A DNA stretch of 64,000 bases from Phallusia mammillata (Eukaryota), in contig OZ281500.1 in assembly GCA_965637545.1 (NCBI GenBank), positions 22,816,001 to 22,880,000 of the forward strand, given 5' to 3'. A program made the position numbers and the translations under genes. Of this stretch, positions 63,483 through 64,000 are shown one piece after another. Below the pieces are notes generated by a model. It worked only from the letters and a program-made list of their open reading frames with translations. It ran no database searches and was not told where the DNA came from. The number at the start of each line of letters is the position of its first letter. The stretch's first letter is position 1.

Positions 63483-64000
63483 GTTCGTAAAAATACATTA
63501 AAAATCATTTTCTGTTAAAACGATCATAAGTCTTGTAAAAAAATTGTACTTAACCTAGAATTATAGATTCAAGTACTATTGTGATAGTTGTCTGTCTTTT
63601 GGGGTTTTTATGTTTATACACCTTTTGTACATACCGTACAAAAGGTATTTGAACACAGACCAACGGTGTTTAAGTATAAGCTCTGTTTTTCTTTTTAACA
63701 CAACTTGGCAATTGACGATCTCTTTCTTGTCGAAAATACTTGTGGAACAGAATCAGTTTATGTCTCTATGTGGAACATTTTTTGAAAACTTATTTATGTA
63801 TTTTGCATCGTCAATTCCTTACTCAAATAGAGCCTACACAAACTAAAAAACTATAGCTTAAAAACTTTCATGAACAGGTTTAAAACTACTTTAACGAGTT
63901 TTGCATTGTCATGCAAATTGTGTACGCGAAGTCGTGAAAATATATGCCCATTGTTTTTTATTAGGTAATGTATAACGGCAAAGAAGTTTTCTTTTACTTC

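Overview
AT-rich animal genomic DNA with GT-AG introns, hAT-type MITEs and tRNA-derived SINEs. An ascidian/tunicate-like invertebrate is my inference and is not verified. No prokaryotic features and no CRISPR array. All gene models were built by hand from splice signals and exon phases. (1) The left ~43 kb carries a tandem minus-strand family of at least nine small genes, mostly predicted at 67-86 aa, that I do not recognise. They share a C-terminal motif D[VI][GA]xx[KN]MxRKVxxxPxxxE[IV]SV...[RK][AV]Fx(x)-stop, and seven have one or two HP[EA]-[GD]-[DNY] (HPEGD-type) motifs. The array shows two gene architectures, a truncated copy, a pseudogene, kappaB-like sites and two independent satellite expansions just upstream of paralogues. 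(2) A 7-exon gene for an uncharacterised 623-aa protein (46140-49702, minus) has a broken partial duplicate at about 22.2-24.7 kb containing a 37-bp exonic repeat expansion. (3) The 3' part of a spondin-type TSP1-repeat gene with a Ser/Gly/Asn- and Tyr/Arg-rich tail (54739-57321, minus). (4) The first four coding exons of a fringe glycosyltransferase (from 61664, plus, running out of the window). Two copies of a short element with a hammerhead-ribozyme-like core are also present.
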